DNA of 64,000 nt, taken from Balanoglossus misakiensis. Taxonomy: Eukaryota; Animalia; Hemichordata. Below are positions 28,701 through 41,100 of this stretch, one piece after another; within the stretch, counting starts at the first letter, position 1; the number at the start of each line of letters is the position of its first letter. The stretch lies in contig CM082582.2 in the NCBI GenBank assembly GCA_040954595.2, positions 11,652,415-11,716,414 of the forward strand, read 5' to 3'. The notes beneath the pieces were generated by a model. The model worked only from the letters and a program-made list of their open reading frames with translations, did no database searches and was not told the DNA's origin. A program made the translations under genes and the position numbers.

Positions 28701-31572
28701 GCCAAAAAGAATACAATTTTCATTTTACTCATTTTCTTACATATCGATACTAATTCGATCAGTGGTTTGCCTGCGTGTTTCTCTGCGGTAATCAGCGCGC
28801 GTTGCCCGCTGCCCCACGGTCGACTGTGACGCCGGATTTGAGAAAAGAAAATAACGGAAAGTGACCTTGTATCAGAAAAGGGGGTATCAGCGATCATGAT
28901 GGAATATTATTATAGCCATGGCCGTCTTACCTGATCTGTACACGTCCACCGAGTTTCCCCCACACCGAATTCCAGCCAGATCTTCCGATCGCAACTGTAT
29001 CCATGGTAGCCGAGAGCCGACGCAGAATAACTTCTCCTGGGCTTGCAATGTTTCTTTTATTTTCACGAATATTATGATTTCACTGTGAGGGGAAACAAAA
29101 GTGAAATGTTTATTTACTCCCATGCATCACAAACATTAAAATACAGACACGTTATTTGTCCTGTAAACACCGCATATCAATATAAATGTTCATTCTCAGT
29201 TGATACAAATGAATACAGCTAGTTTACTTTTTTTCTGGACAAATGTTATTTCTTACCATTAACAAAGGGCGCGCGCACGCACGCTGGTGTAGTTTACTGC
29301 ACTGTATTCTCAAGTAATGTATCACCTGAATTAACTTTTTACTCATCGACAAATATACATTTTATTTGTAATTAAAAGAAACAGGCAGCAAGATATATTT
29401 TCTCTCGTGGTGAGTGATTCGGTCTTATATTAAGAAAGCATTTCAAAGAAGAAAGGTGAAGACGGGAGAGAAGAAGAGAAGCTAGCGCCAAGAAAGAAAG
29501 TAAGTGATGTAGAAAGAAAGTATGGGAACTATTTTAATCAAGTCATTACTTCATGATTGAAGGGGTAATTCGGCAAACGACAGAGACGTTCGAGCGTATC
29601 TGTCATTGCATCCTGAGAATTGGACATTTTCATGAAACACAAACAAGCCTTTAATTGTTTGGGTCATAGTCGTCCTTTCCAAGAATTTTGTCAGCTAGCT
29701 ACGCGCAGCCGTTTGTAACGGTCGAGTAGAAGATTTATAGCCTGTATGCGCGACACAGATGCCAAAGTGAATATATTTTTGCAGTATACCAGTATTTTTT
29801 TCGTCGCTGTCAGAACGAGTGCGGCCATGGGGGAAGCCGGGGAGATTCTACAGCCCACACAGGCGCACAGAACGAACATCGCTAAAATATCAGTAACTAG
29901 TAAAAAACCTGCATGATATTCCCTTAATTTGGCACTGAGAATAATTTGTAACTGCACCGTCAATGCTAGCGATCCGTTTTGCCCCAAGGGTGCAATAATT
30001 TTTGCGATTTCATTTAGACATCTAACTGACTGTCAAGTCCAAACCTGACTGATTAATTAATTAATTATTCCAAGAATCGTGGCGACTGAGTTGGTTTCGG
30101 TGAATTTTGTTTCTGTGTCTTATTAATCACGTGGGGGAACAAATCATACGTAACTGATGAAATGAATTTGTCTATTCTGCAATACACGGCGATGAACAGG
30201 AACAATGTACCCGTTTTCTACGCTCGTGTGGGCAAGTCACTTTACAATACATTTCATGTCAAAACCACTCAAGCATGTCAAAATAATGGGGCGAATTGTC
30301 TTTTTAATAAAAAACAACACGTTATCGTGTAATCCCTCAGTGGTTGTATTAATCGCGTTTTAATATTAATATGATGGAGATTCATGGGAATGGAAAATAA
30401 CTAGGTTTCTAAACAGGGCAAACTACATTTATCATTAGCCATCAAACAACCAGGAAGAAAAATCAACACAGTCACCGCGCAGGTCAACGGACAATGCCGT
30501 GCAGACGTTCGGAAGAAACGAAAGCAAACATAAATTTCAACACCAATTTCAATTCGAAGACAACTGGCTTGTACAGCGCCGCTGTTCGACTAGGAAAAAG
30601 GAAGCGCGTTCCTATTCCCCCTATTTAAAGAAACCGCCCATCTCGGTCAAGTACGTTCACATGTTTCCCGTGGTTCTATACAGCGTAACGGAAAGACTTT
30701 CATCAACTTCTAGTTCACCAAACAAGCGGCAATCTACCAGTTGCGCGAGCAGGACGCTGGCGCACAGCTGTCCCTGGGCAGACTGCTTTTAGGGTCAAAG
30801 TTCGAATAAGTAGAATTATTTCCTTGAATGGTCTGTTTCTGATATGCTAACTTGAGTAAACGGATATAATTACCAAACATGGGGAACAGTGTGAGATGTA
30901 AGGCGAGATTTGTCAATCGAGTGTGCGAGAATACCAGAAACCATCAATTTGCAAATTTGGCAGGGCGATTTATTTTTTACTTGGACAACCGGTTTTGCTT
31001 TGGGGCGTTTTAGTGCACGTAGCACTGTTTTGTACTACTATGGGGGCGCATAGATGTTCTAGTATGCTGTGCATGTGTTGGGCGGTCGTCCTGTTTATTT
31101 GTAGACGCAGTTATCGTCTCCATAATATCTCCTCTTGGTGTGATTTCCCTGTCGTGTTTGTAAATATTGGTTCTGTATGATTGTGATAAATGGTCCAGTG
31201 ATTGTGATTTGGATTGGAGATAAATGATAAATGGTACTAAATGGTCTGATGTCTGAACGGACCGTGACTTCTGGGTGAAACGTGTCGTGTGCAACAAAAA
31301 CGAAGGCAGCTATCCCATCATCGGATCGGCCATCCACGATTGTCCACGCCGACTGTTGATTTTCTAATCGCTCGTCAAATAAGAGAATGAGCTGGTGTAT
31401 TGTTTGAAATAATATTTTGATGGGCGAGTCTGAATGGGATGCTGTATGCAATGAGTTCAAAGTTTATGATAGCAAGGCCGCGGATAAACAATTTTAAATT
31501 TGCGATAAAACATAAAAATAATATCACTGCATGGGTGAATGAGATGGTACAAATGACGATTTCAAAGGCTGT

Positions 31573-31727
31573 GAGAAAGGGGAGAGGGGATGAAAGAAAG
31601 AGAGAGTTCCATCAGAGGACCAATCTGAGAGAGGGGGAGGGGAATGGAGAGAGGGAGAGACAGACATGGAGAGTGACTCTGCGAGGAGAGAGGGAAGAGG
31701 CAGAAGGAGGAATGAGATAGAGGGGAG
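31573..31727 (+). repeat. GA-rich polypurine low-complexity tract
   Basis: About 155 bp dominated by GAGA/GGAG/GAAAG words, with only short interruptions. Confidence 0.8.
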
Positions 31728-34700
31728 TGACTTGTCAATGATTGCCCCAATCAACAATAGAAACGGTACTGCCTATTGTATGCTGAGACACGCCTGCATG
31801 TTCGGTAGCCGTACACAACACGGGACATTATAATGAATATTCGAAACCCCAGGGTTGACTCTGATCGATGTCAAGATATCACATTTTACCGAAAACTTCA
31901 AACATAGCGGGCTCTTTGATTTCTTTTACCTGGTTAAAATCAAAACAGTTGTCGGTAACTCCAAAACAAATTTCCTCTTTGTTGGGGATCTGTTTGCCAC
32001 GGCGGAAATAATACAACGATGGTACAATCAATTAGCGGAATACAGTGGCGCGTAATCAATTTGTTCAGAAGCTACTAATCATTCAAATTGGTTAATTAGG
32101 GCATTGTTCGTTTGCTCCGAGAGTATGTGTTATCTTGTAGCTGTGCGACGTCAGTTGCACCGTTACAAGTCTCTCGGGAGCTCGTTCCTTGTGTCTGTCC
32201 TCATCTAGGGGCTTTGTATCATTTTCCTTCCGCCATCTTACCTGAATTGCTCCTTGTCCCGACAGCGTCACATGTTGGGCCCAGCCAAACGCGTTTCATT
32301 CTCTCACCATGTAGTCTTGGAAAGCGATGTACGGTTGTTGGCGACAGCCTACAATTTCAATAACCCGCCAAACGAAGTTTTCGGGGCCAGCATACTGGAC
32401 AGATTACACAGATTACAATGTCAGGATGCAAACGGTATTTTGACATCATTAGTGGCATCCGTGCTAATCACGAGCCTTCAATTTGGGCGTTATGTAATCG
32501 CTTGCGCACAGCACCACATCACATGACCACACCCAGCAACACCTGGTCAGCTCCAGTCCAGCCTGACGTCATCCAGCTATCTTGGCCAATCACAGCACCT
32601 TATAGATGTGTAGTCGCAAGAACGCCCACAAAGCACTGTCTGATGCTTCTCATACCAACCACCTGGAATTTAACGAATACAAATAAGTTTACAGACATTT
32701 CTAAGCCACAATTCAGAAATAGTCTGAGACATTTGGAAGACATAGTATAAATATATAATATTTAATTGCGTATACCGCGTCAATTATTTATTCTCATAGC
32801 ACCTTGTATTTGTCAGTCTGATCGCACACTCAGAGCCAGACTTTGTTATATGATTGCGTTTATTTCTTTAATATTTAGTTTCTCATCCATTGTGAAACGG
32901 AGATATTAATTACAATTATTCTTGTCGCCGTTCCATCTCGTTCACTTCAATGACTCTTTACATGCAGCAGTCATATTGTCAAGAGATTCCCCCCGGGGGA
33001 GTCACTTTCTTCTTTTCTTTATCCTGTAGACAAATCCGTGTACTGCAAATCATAGAAGGGAAATCGACTCGATATCACAATTATCTGTGTCATATGTTTA
33101 CACGGGCTCATTATGTCCGTTTCGTTTTTCTATTCGCCGGCGTTTGTCATTTTTTTCATCAGTCCAAATAACCGACGGGCATCTTGATAGGGTAACATGT
33201 TGGAATCGATTTCTCATGCTGTCGGCTTTGTGTGGACGAATAGTCTTTGTTGGGCGCTTCAATTGTCCTCTTGCTTTTCTCTCTCTCTTTTCTCCATATC
33301 GCTCACTCATCATAATTGAAATACGCCGAGAATTGAAATTAAGTCTCCCAGTAAATGAAATTGGACATAGTCATTTGGGATGGAAATCGACGCCCTTGAC
33401 AAAGACGCGTGCAATTAGCGACGACACTTCTCAAGACACGGGAGATCCCTGGGGTTCTGTTGACTTAGTGTATAGGTTGACTCGCCCTCATTTGATGGGA
33501 AGGGCCGCAAATCGAGGAAAAGATTTTTTTATATTAAACATTGATTATCCACTTAAGCGATTTTCGCATCTTCTCAATTGGCGTTATTGCGTTGAGGGAG
33601 GCGCGTCGATTTCGTCTCGGTTTTTGCATATGACGGCGCTTTGCGGTTTTGTCCCTTGAAAGGAGCATGGTTGAAATGAACGTAGACGTTCTTGCTTTAT
33701 CCGATCCCTTCGGAAATGGTGTTAAATCGCGTTCGTTTTCGGTCCTCACTCTGCTTTGTTTTGTGTTCAGTAAATGATTTCTATGTTGATGCGATTTCTT
33801 TCTGCAAACCCCCCCCCCCCCCCAGCAGCTCGGTGTAATGGATTTGTCACGTGCCCGTTTTCTTGTCAGTTTTTGTCCTCTACTCTCTCTGGGGGAATTC
33901 GTGCGCTTACCAAGATTACTAAAAGGTGTGAATGTTTTAACCTTATCTTTACCAGAAGTGTGAAAACCATATTCCGAATTGAATAGTTTGATGTCCCTGT
34001 TAGAGTCTGAAAATCGAGCGGCTGTCTTCGAGACAAGCATGCGTTACGCATATGCTGGGAAGGCAAGTGTCCGCAACACGGCGCGGTGTAAATACTACAC
34101 TTGACGGACACGTAACCCGAACCGCTTTGCAATTGGACATACTTAGAAGAAATTCGTCAGGAATATTTACCGAGATCTTTGGAATGGTTTAATAACTTTG
34201 CAAAACATAGTACCGGTTCAGACGTAATGGATACCACCATCTGTATTCGACCCTTAAGAAACTTTAATTCGTTCGTTGACAGCTAGAGTTTTTCCCACAC
34301 AGTCCAGATGGCCTTGTCGACAGCGTGAAAGAAAAGAATCTTTGAGGGTTTTTTTGAAAGGTGAGTCATGCTTACTGGAACGCTTAAATTGGATAATGTG
34401 GCAAGTTTGGTTCGATAAAAAATTAAATGTTAAACCTGACCACTCTGCTGATTTAATATCAATAAATAAATAGTTTTAACGCGTTACCGAGTGAAGGCAT
34501 TGTTAATGGCGGCATATTGCAGGATGAGTAAGGGAAAAAATGTTTGGGGGTTTCGACAGGGAGAAGTCGACCTCAAGGCCAGTAGGAGAAACAAAATCGA
34601 CGCTGGAAGCAGACACTTCCTCGGAACCAACCCGGACAAACAATGGAGAGTTAGCAATGTGGCCAACGGTCGAGGTATTCCCTTGCATTCTTCGACGGAC

Positions 34701-36029
34701 GAGTGGATGGAAATTATAGCCAGTCGGCTAAACAATTTTAAAACGGTATGTAAAGTATTGTTATGGAGACCGCGTGGATACCCAGGGACAGAAGCGCCAG
34801 TGAATGACTGTGTAAAGTGAAGTAGTTGAAAAGACCCAGCGCTGTTAAACAACCGTCGCTGATACATGTCAACTGTCAACGAGACACGGTGTTGGGAGGG
34901 CGATATACTAGTAGTGGGTACCACCTTCTGTATTGAGGCGAAACACTTGAAACTGTCCAGGGCTATTTTGTTTCAGTAGCTTGGTATGCATTCTATTCAG
35001 TTTCAGCGCCACTGGAAAGCAATACTGGGACTTTCTTTCTCGTTTTTTTTTTGTCTGAAGTGAAATGCATTTTGAAAAATACATGATCAGAAAGCAGTGC
35101 ACAGTGACAAAATGGTTCTGGAAGTTTCGTATTCTGAAACAGACGACGGAAATTAAGCGATTCCGTAGAATTAAAAAACAGATCATCTTTCCACTTGGGT
35201 TACAGACGCGAACTTTACTTCAGACGCTTTGTTTCGATTCAGTTGTACATTTTGCACATCCTATACTGATCCTAAAGCAAATAGACGTGGGGTTTGTATT
35301 CACTGATATCAAGGTGAGATTTTGGTTTAAATGGGGGTTGGGGATGGGGGTGGCAATTATCGCTTATTGAGGAATTTAACTCCCGAACTGCAACTGTTCA
35401 GTCTCGAGGTTAAAACGGCCAGACTGGAAAAAAGGGGCGACGCATGAAATCGTCACCGCATTTCCAAGTGAGTGAACCGAAGCACGACACACTTGAAAAG
35501 AGCTTCTGTGTCACTAGACGGCGTGTATGGCTGCATCTAGACAGAACCATGGGACGGATACTGGGAGTTCGGTGGCGCGTGTACACACTATTGACACTGC
35601 CATTTTGTGGCACGGAATTCTACCTGTTGTCGTTCAATTATGACTGCCGGAGAGCGAAAAGACAACACACTTCACGGAACACAACAAACAAGCCAAACAA
35701 CATCGACACACCTATTCGTGTTCACTGGTGCGATTTATAAGTGCGGGGGCGATGTATAGCCACTGAATTCCACACACACTTTCAATTCCGGCCCCAGTGA
35801 TGCAGGTTCGGGTAAACTCGGAGCGAGTCTGCGCCGGGGGCCGGTCGGTCACGAGCCGACGGAGGTCGAGCGCCCCCAATGTCTGATCGTTTTCGGGTAC
35901 AGGAAGCGGCGGCGATCCGCTGTGTACCCTGGCCTCGCTCTGGATTCATGTTTTAAGAACGCAGAAGAGTCAGTATACATTCCCGTCAATCTTCGTTTTA
36001 AACTTGCAAAGTTTTGACAAACCCGAACC

Positions 36030-36310
36030 ACCGGCCAATCACAGGCCTCGATACATGATACGCGCCATTTTCACACAATACGGCTGTTTACCAAAATGGG
36101 TGGTCAGTTTCTCTTCAGAAAAATTCAAAATAAACACCAGTGAAACCGGCTTGGGTGGGCTGTTTTAATTGGTGTTTCGATTTTATAAACAAACTTTTGC
36201 CGATGGCGGACGGCGATTGGAGGAGAGGCCCTCGACACGTGTAAATGTGTCGTAATGGGTCTTTGTCAAACTAGTGGGTGGGCATTGTCACAAAGGTCTA
36301 TTTGCTCAAT
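36030..36310 (+). promoter_or_regulatory. Putative FoxL1 proximal promoter with Gli, Fox and CCAAT motifs
   Basis: GGCCAATCA 36033; Fox cores TGTTTAC 36085, ATAAACA 36130 and 36185; perfect Gli consensus TGGGTGGTC 36097-36105; TGGGTGGGC at 36152 and 36275; inverted CCAAT (GATTGG) 36215. Confidence 0.55.
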
Positions 36311-36575
36311 GTTGCATTTACACACTCATGCGATAGCCAACCTAACCCCAAATACAACAACATTCAACAACTTTAAAACAAAGTGGCGTACAAGTCTCCA
36401 AGAATAACAGAGACCGAACACTTCCCCCAAGAGTCAGTGCGACGGTAGGAAGCCTGTCGCGTCGCTCTCAGTCCCTCATCCTGTGCCGTAACGCTAGGTT
36501 AGGTGTGTCGCCAACGCCATACCAATTTTTGGCCAATTTCTCAAGGAACTTGGCCCCCTTTACTGAGCAATACCA

Positions 36576-38108
36576 ATGTCTTCCCTGAGTAACCTCTACG
36601 CCGGCAGCTTTGCCCCTCATCCACCGCAGGGCCATTTAAGCTATCTTGCTCATCACCATGGGTGTTACTTCACCCATGCTGCGAGAGACGACACTTACAA
36701 CCCGTTGACTTTGAACGTCCTGGAGAGACGCGAGCAGCCGCAGAAGCCGCCGTACTCGTACATCGCTCTCATCGCCATGGCGATACGCAGCGCGCCGGAG
36801 CAGAAGATCACCTTAAACGGCATCTACCAGTTCATCATGGAGAGATTCCCCTATTACCATGACAACAAGCAGGGCTGGCAGAACTCGATCCGCCACAACC
36901 TGAGCCTGAACGACTGTTTCGTGAAGATGGCCCGCGAAAAGGGTAAACCCGGGAAGGGCAACTACTGGACGCTGGCTGCCGATTCGGAGGAGATGTTCGA
37001 GAACGGGAACTTCCGTCGCCGGAAGCGACGCCCGAAAAGCCAGACGAAGACGGGCGGCGAGAAAAGGCAAAGTGACGACCAGGAAAGCTGCGACGCCAAG
37101 AGTGAACAGATGAGGAACGACGCCAACTCAGTGAGCGATGTCAGTGACGAAAATACGAAAGACGCGTCCGTTAGCGACTGTAACCAATCTAACCACGGCG
37201 ACGACTTCAGAGAAAGTGATGAATGTCTACAACGCAGCGACGGCGAGGAATCGTCGGCGACGGAAAGCCGAAAAGAAGACTTCAACAGTAACCTCATCGA
37301 CGCACACAACCACCATACAGACAGCTCCTGTTCAGATTATGAAGAACTCTCCGAAAGCGAAGAACTTGGAAAGTTTTCGGTTCACCAGAGATTCTTCTTG
37401 GGCGGGAAAGAAAACGGCGACTGCGACCATGAAATCACGGTGAAAGTTCCGTCGTCAATGTCACCGAGTGTGCCAAAAGACCACTCCATCATGACACGAC
37501 AAGAAAACAGTGCCAGAAACAGTTCCTTCAGCATCGAAAATATCATAAAACCGGACAAGCGGACACCTGGCGTTTCCGACAGACCTCGCACGACAGTGGA
37601 CAGTACATGCATCTCGCCGTCTTCACGCGCCCCGGCGACCCCAGCCAATGCAGGGAACGGGGGAGATTTGCCCGAGGGTAGGCGCGAGCACCTGTTCGCC
37701 AAGAACAATTGCGAAAAACTGATGAAGCTGGCCAGTCTGGTCGACAGGATTAACCCAGTTCACCGGGACAGCCTGAGGAACCAGCCGCCCGCCATGGACA
37801 TGGATTCCTACTTCCCGCACGAACTGAGACAGACTTACAACGCGGCCCAGTACGCGGCGGCATCCCAATTCCACCCGGTACCGATGACCCTCTCCCCGAA
37901 TTCGTCGTCGCCGTACCCGGGCGGTGCCGTGGCCAGCTCCTATCACCACCACCTCCTACCGATCCGATATTCGCCGTACCCGACCTTCCCCTACTACCTG
38001 CCGCACGCCGGGTCGCTATCGCCGTCGGTTGCGTTTCCGTATGGAGTAAAACCGTGGACTCTAAGTGAAAGGTCGGGAAAAGAGGGTCGACTGGCATGTT
38101 TACTCTAG
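36576..38108 (+). CDS. FoxL1: Forkhead box L1 transcription factor, intronless, 510 aa
   Basis: Forkhead domain with FoxL1-type residues: [69 protein letters not shown]1 motif FSIENII. Lies downstream of FoxC in the same orientation, as FOXL1 does relative to FOXC2. Confidence 0.92.
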   Translation: MSSLSNLYAGSFAPHPPQGHLSYLAHHHGCYFTHAARDDTYNPLTLNVLERREQPQKPPYSYIALIAMAIRSAPEQKITLNGIYQFIMERFPYYHDNKQGWQNSIRHNLSLNDCFVKMAREKGKPGKGNYWTLAADSEEMFENGNFRRRKRRPKSQTKTGGEKRQSDDQESCDAKSEQMRNDANSVSDVSDENTKDASVSDCNQSNHGDDFRESDECLQRSDGEESSATESRKEDFNSNLIDAHNHHTDSSCSDYEELSESEELGKFSVHQRFFLGGKENGDCDHEITVKVPSSMSPSVPKDHSIMTRQENSARNSSFSIENIIKPDKRTPGVSDRPRTTVDSTCISPSSRAPATPANAGNGGDLPEGRREHLFAKNNCEKLMKLASLVDRINPVHRDSLRNQPPAMDMDSYFPHELRQTYNAAQYAAASQFHPVPMTLSPNSSSPYPGGAVASSYHHHLLPIRYSPYPTFPYYLPHAGSLSPSVAFPYGVKPWTLSERSGKEGRLACLL

Positions 38109-41100
38109 ACATGATACGGGAAAATTGAATAGCCTCGACTCCAAGACAAGGACCAATTTCAAGGAACTTGGAAAATGGCTTTTTTAAAACACTATTTGAA
38201 AAATGCCTGACCAATTACTTTACTCTGTATAAAGCTGTTTTTTTCGGAAAGACATCGGAAAACATGTTAAGATTTTGTGTTTTTGGTTTACAGTGTAATA
38301 GAAGTGTAAGAATATTTATATTTCTCTAATATTTGTAGAGTCGTGATTTTGTTTTATAAAAAAAAGAACAGTATCTGTAACTTTTGTCATATGTGGTGGT
38401 TTGCGAACGCGGGGAAGGAGAACCAATGGTTTGAAAACAAATGTCAATTTAAGTGATAGATTGACCAGTGAGTGTTGTGTATTTGTGTCACTGTTTGAAA
38501 TGTAGTTCACTATTTTTTTGCACTGTAATCAACTTTGATTTGCCAGTCAGATGGTGAAACCTCACCCAACCTTCACAATTGCAGCAACGTGGGTAGCGGG
38601 GTCAGCGGAACTGCCGTGTTTATAGCCGCCTATTTTTAAATTAAGGAGTCACCTTTGTTAGTATAGAAGTGGTTTATGTAGTGTTGCGTTTTAATTTATA
38701 GCTCGGGCATCGTTTTGTTGTGCCCAAATGTCAGAGAGGAGGCAAAGTGCATTTATTTACTTCCGAGAGATAATATGTACGAAAGCAGCGACTGTTGAAC
38801 TTTTTGCAAAGTGTATTAAGTCACCGCAAACGGAACAAAATAATCGGCTGTCACGAAAACCTTGGTGTCATTGGGTTTAAGTTTAGTTTACTCCAGCGAC
38901 GATTTGTGTATTTTGACTGCTGGAAAGCACCAATAGACTAACGAATATCTTAGAGTCTGTGTGTGGCATTTTACCTCAAAACAATCAGAAAGACAGGTTC
39001 GTTTCGGATTATTTCGGATGGAAGACATCCGCAAACGAGCCAACGTACATTTCAAACCAATGAGATGGCTCGTTGCAAAAGAAACTTAAGCTTACCAACG
39101 GACCTGATTTATGTATGTTTTGAAACGCACGTCGGAAGCATATGTAAAGTGACCTTTTTAAAGACATTCTATCTGGACAGGATGAATTAAAGTTTGACCA
39201 AGAAGAATTTTTGAATTTTCCGACTGGGTGTGTTTGCCTTTCTGTTAAATCCCTTTCCCCGATATCGGTTTGCAGAGATTGGTTTTGGAAAAGACCCACG
39301 TAATAAGAGTATAAGCGTCGTTCAACATTCCACGCTATCACATCTAACCGAGAAAGATTTCGTTGCAGTGGAAAATGAAGAGACTTTTGGGTGATTATCT
39401 ACCTAATGAACGACACTACGTCATCGCCCGCGATAAAATAAAAACGGATGATGACGGCGGGCCATCACTCCAAGCACTCAATTTTTATGAAATACGCTGG
39501 TAACATACTGCTGACTCCGGTCGTAATATCAATTTACCAGCGAATGTTTTCTTTTCCCTTCCAATAAGGTCCGGTTTGTTTAATTTCAAACTATTGGCGT
39601 TATTTTGATTTCATAATGAAGTGAAATTAGTTTATTGTGCTCCCATGGAGTAAATGTCCCGAGTGATGTCTGATCTCAAGGAATAACCGACAGAGATGTT
39701 TGCTCTTGTTTCTTCTTTATTTCCCCCTCCTGATTTATAAATAGCCATTTTAATGAAACTCCGGAGTCAATAATATTGTTTCCGTGGCCAACGTTTGGGG
39801 GGAAACCTGAAAATACAAATAAACAGTGCTCGACAATCAATAACGTGTTTAGTTCGCTCATTGCTGTACAATTTATTGGTTGCTTCAACAAACTGCCTGA
39901 CTATTGTCCGGGCCATTGTGGGGCTTGGGCTTTTAGTGGGCAGCGTGTTAAAGGGTTATTTAAACAACACCGTCGGTATTGAATGCGTGGTCGCAGTTGA
40001 CGGGCGTTAGGAAAAACATTATTAGGCAGCGGCCTTTGTTGGACCGAATTCCTGCTTTGAGAACGGGACGTTGAGCTCGAGGGGGAAATCTTCCGAGCGA
40101 GTGCCCGCCTACAACGCCGCCCTTTCATCTCAAGTGGCCAGGTATAAAAAGCCTACACAGGTAGAGTTTGTTTGAGCAGCGGAGAAAAGTTTACATAAGT
40201 TGCAACATCTCGAACTTTTTTTGTAAAGGATTGCGGGTCTCCGGAGAGAGTGGTTGCATTGTGAAATCGCGTGACAACAAAAAAAACCTCACGGCTGAAT
40301 GCTTGTGGAGCGCTGGAGTGTTTACGGAATAAATGTAACCAGAGTTCTCCGATCTATGGGAACGGCCATCGAGCGGCGGGCGCGCAAGCATCGTCTCCGT
40401 GGGAACAGTTATTCACCTGGTACGAGACAGGAAACCACAGGTATCAGGTGTGGCTTGCTGAATGCCGTTACAATCACCAGTAGCCGAGGCAATAAAACAC
40501 AGAGGGTCGCTCTTTTTTTCTCTCGCTTTAAAAAAACACAGCTCCTGTTTTGTTTCACAGCATTCGTCAATCACGTGTCAATTGATACTAATCTTCTGGT
40601 CAACAATACCGCGCCAAATATCAACAAACATAATTAACACGGTGTTACAATAACAGAAGGCGCAGACATTTCACCCAAACTGTCCAATATGCTTGGTCTC
40701 TTTACTTTCAAGAGTAGTGCGGCCTATACAGTAGCCGTCTTCAATAAGGTCCTTCTGCGTATCCGTAATATCGATGTCTGCCGAAAATGGACCACATGAT
40801 TCCCCCCCCCCCCCTCCCCGACTAACAACACCTGGAAATACCTGCCATAGCTCGAGTCAATACTCACGTCTTCCATTCTCTACAGAGGAATTCCGTATTT
40901 TCTCAAAACCTCTCGAGTAATTGTCAAGTTTACACAAGTTCAAAGGACTGGGCAGGTCTTTTTCTGACTTGACAATACGGAAGAGTAAATAAAGAGCTTG
41001 AGGTTCTATTAATACCCTATGATTTGGTCAAACAGTTAGTAACTAAATGGGAAAAGAATACTGGTTGTCGTGGCACAAAAAACTTCGAAGCTGATGCAGT

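Noticed and set aside
33087-34820. Longest intergenic ORFs (190, 168 and 109 aa) upstream of FoxL1
   Set aside because: No recognisable domain, random-looking composition, and lengths attainable by chance in 64 kb of six-frame translation. A BLASTP/HMM hit would reopen this.
38094-38108. FoxL1 C-terminus ...ACLL as a CaaX prenylation signal
   Set aside because: Cys is third from the end, not fourth.
40398-40405. Su(H)/CSL site CGTGGGAA and nearby TATAAAA (40143)
   Set aside because: Isolated 7-8-mers are expected several times by chance in 64 kb; no paired-site architecture.
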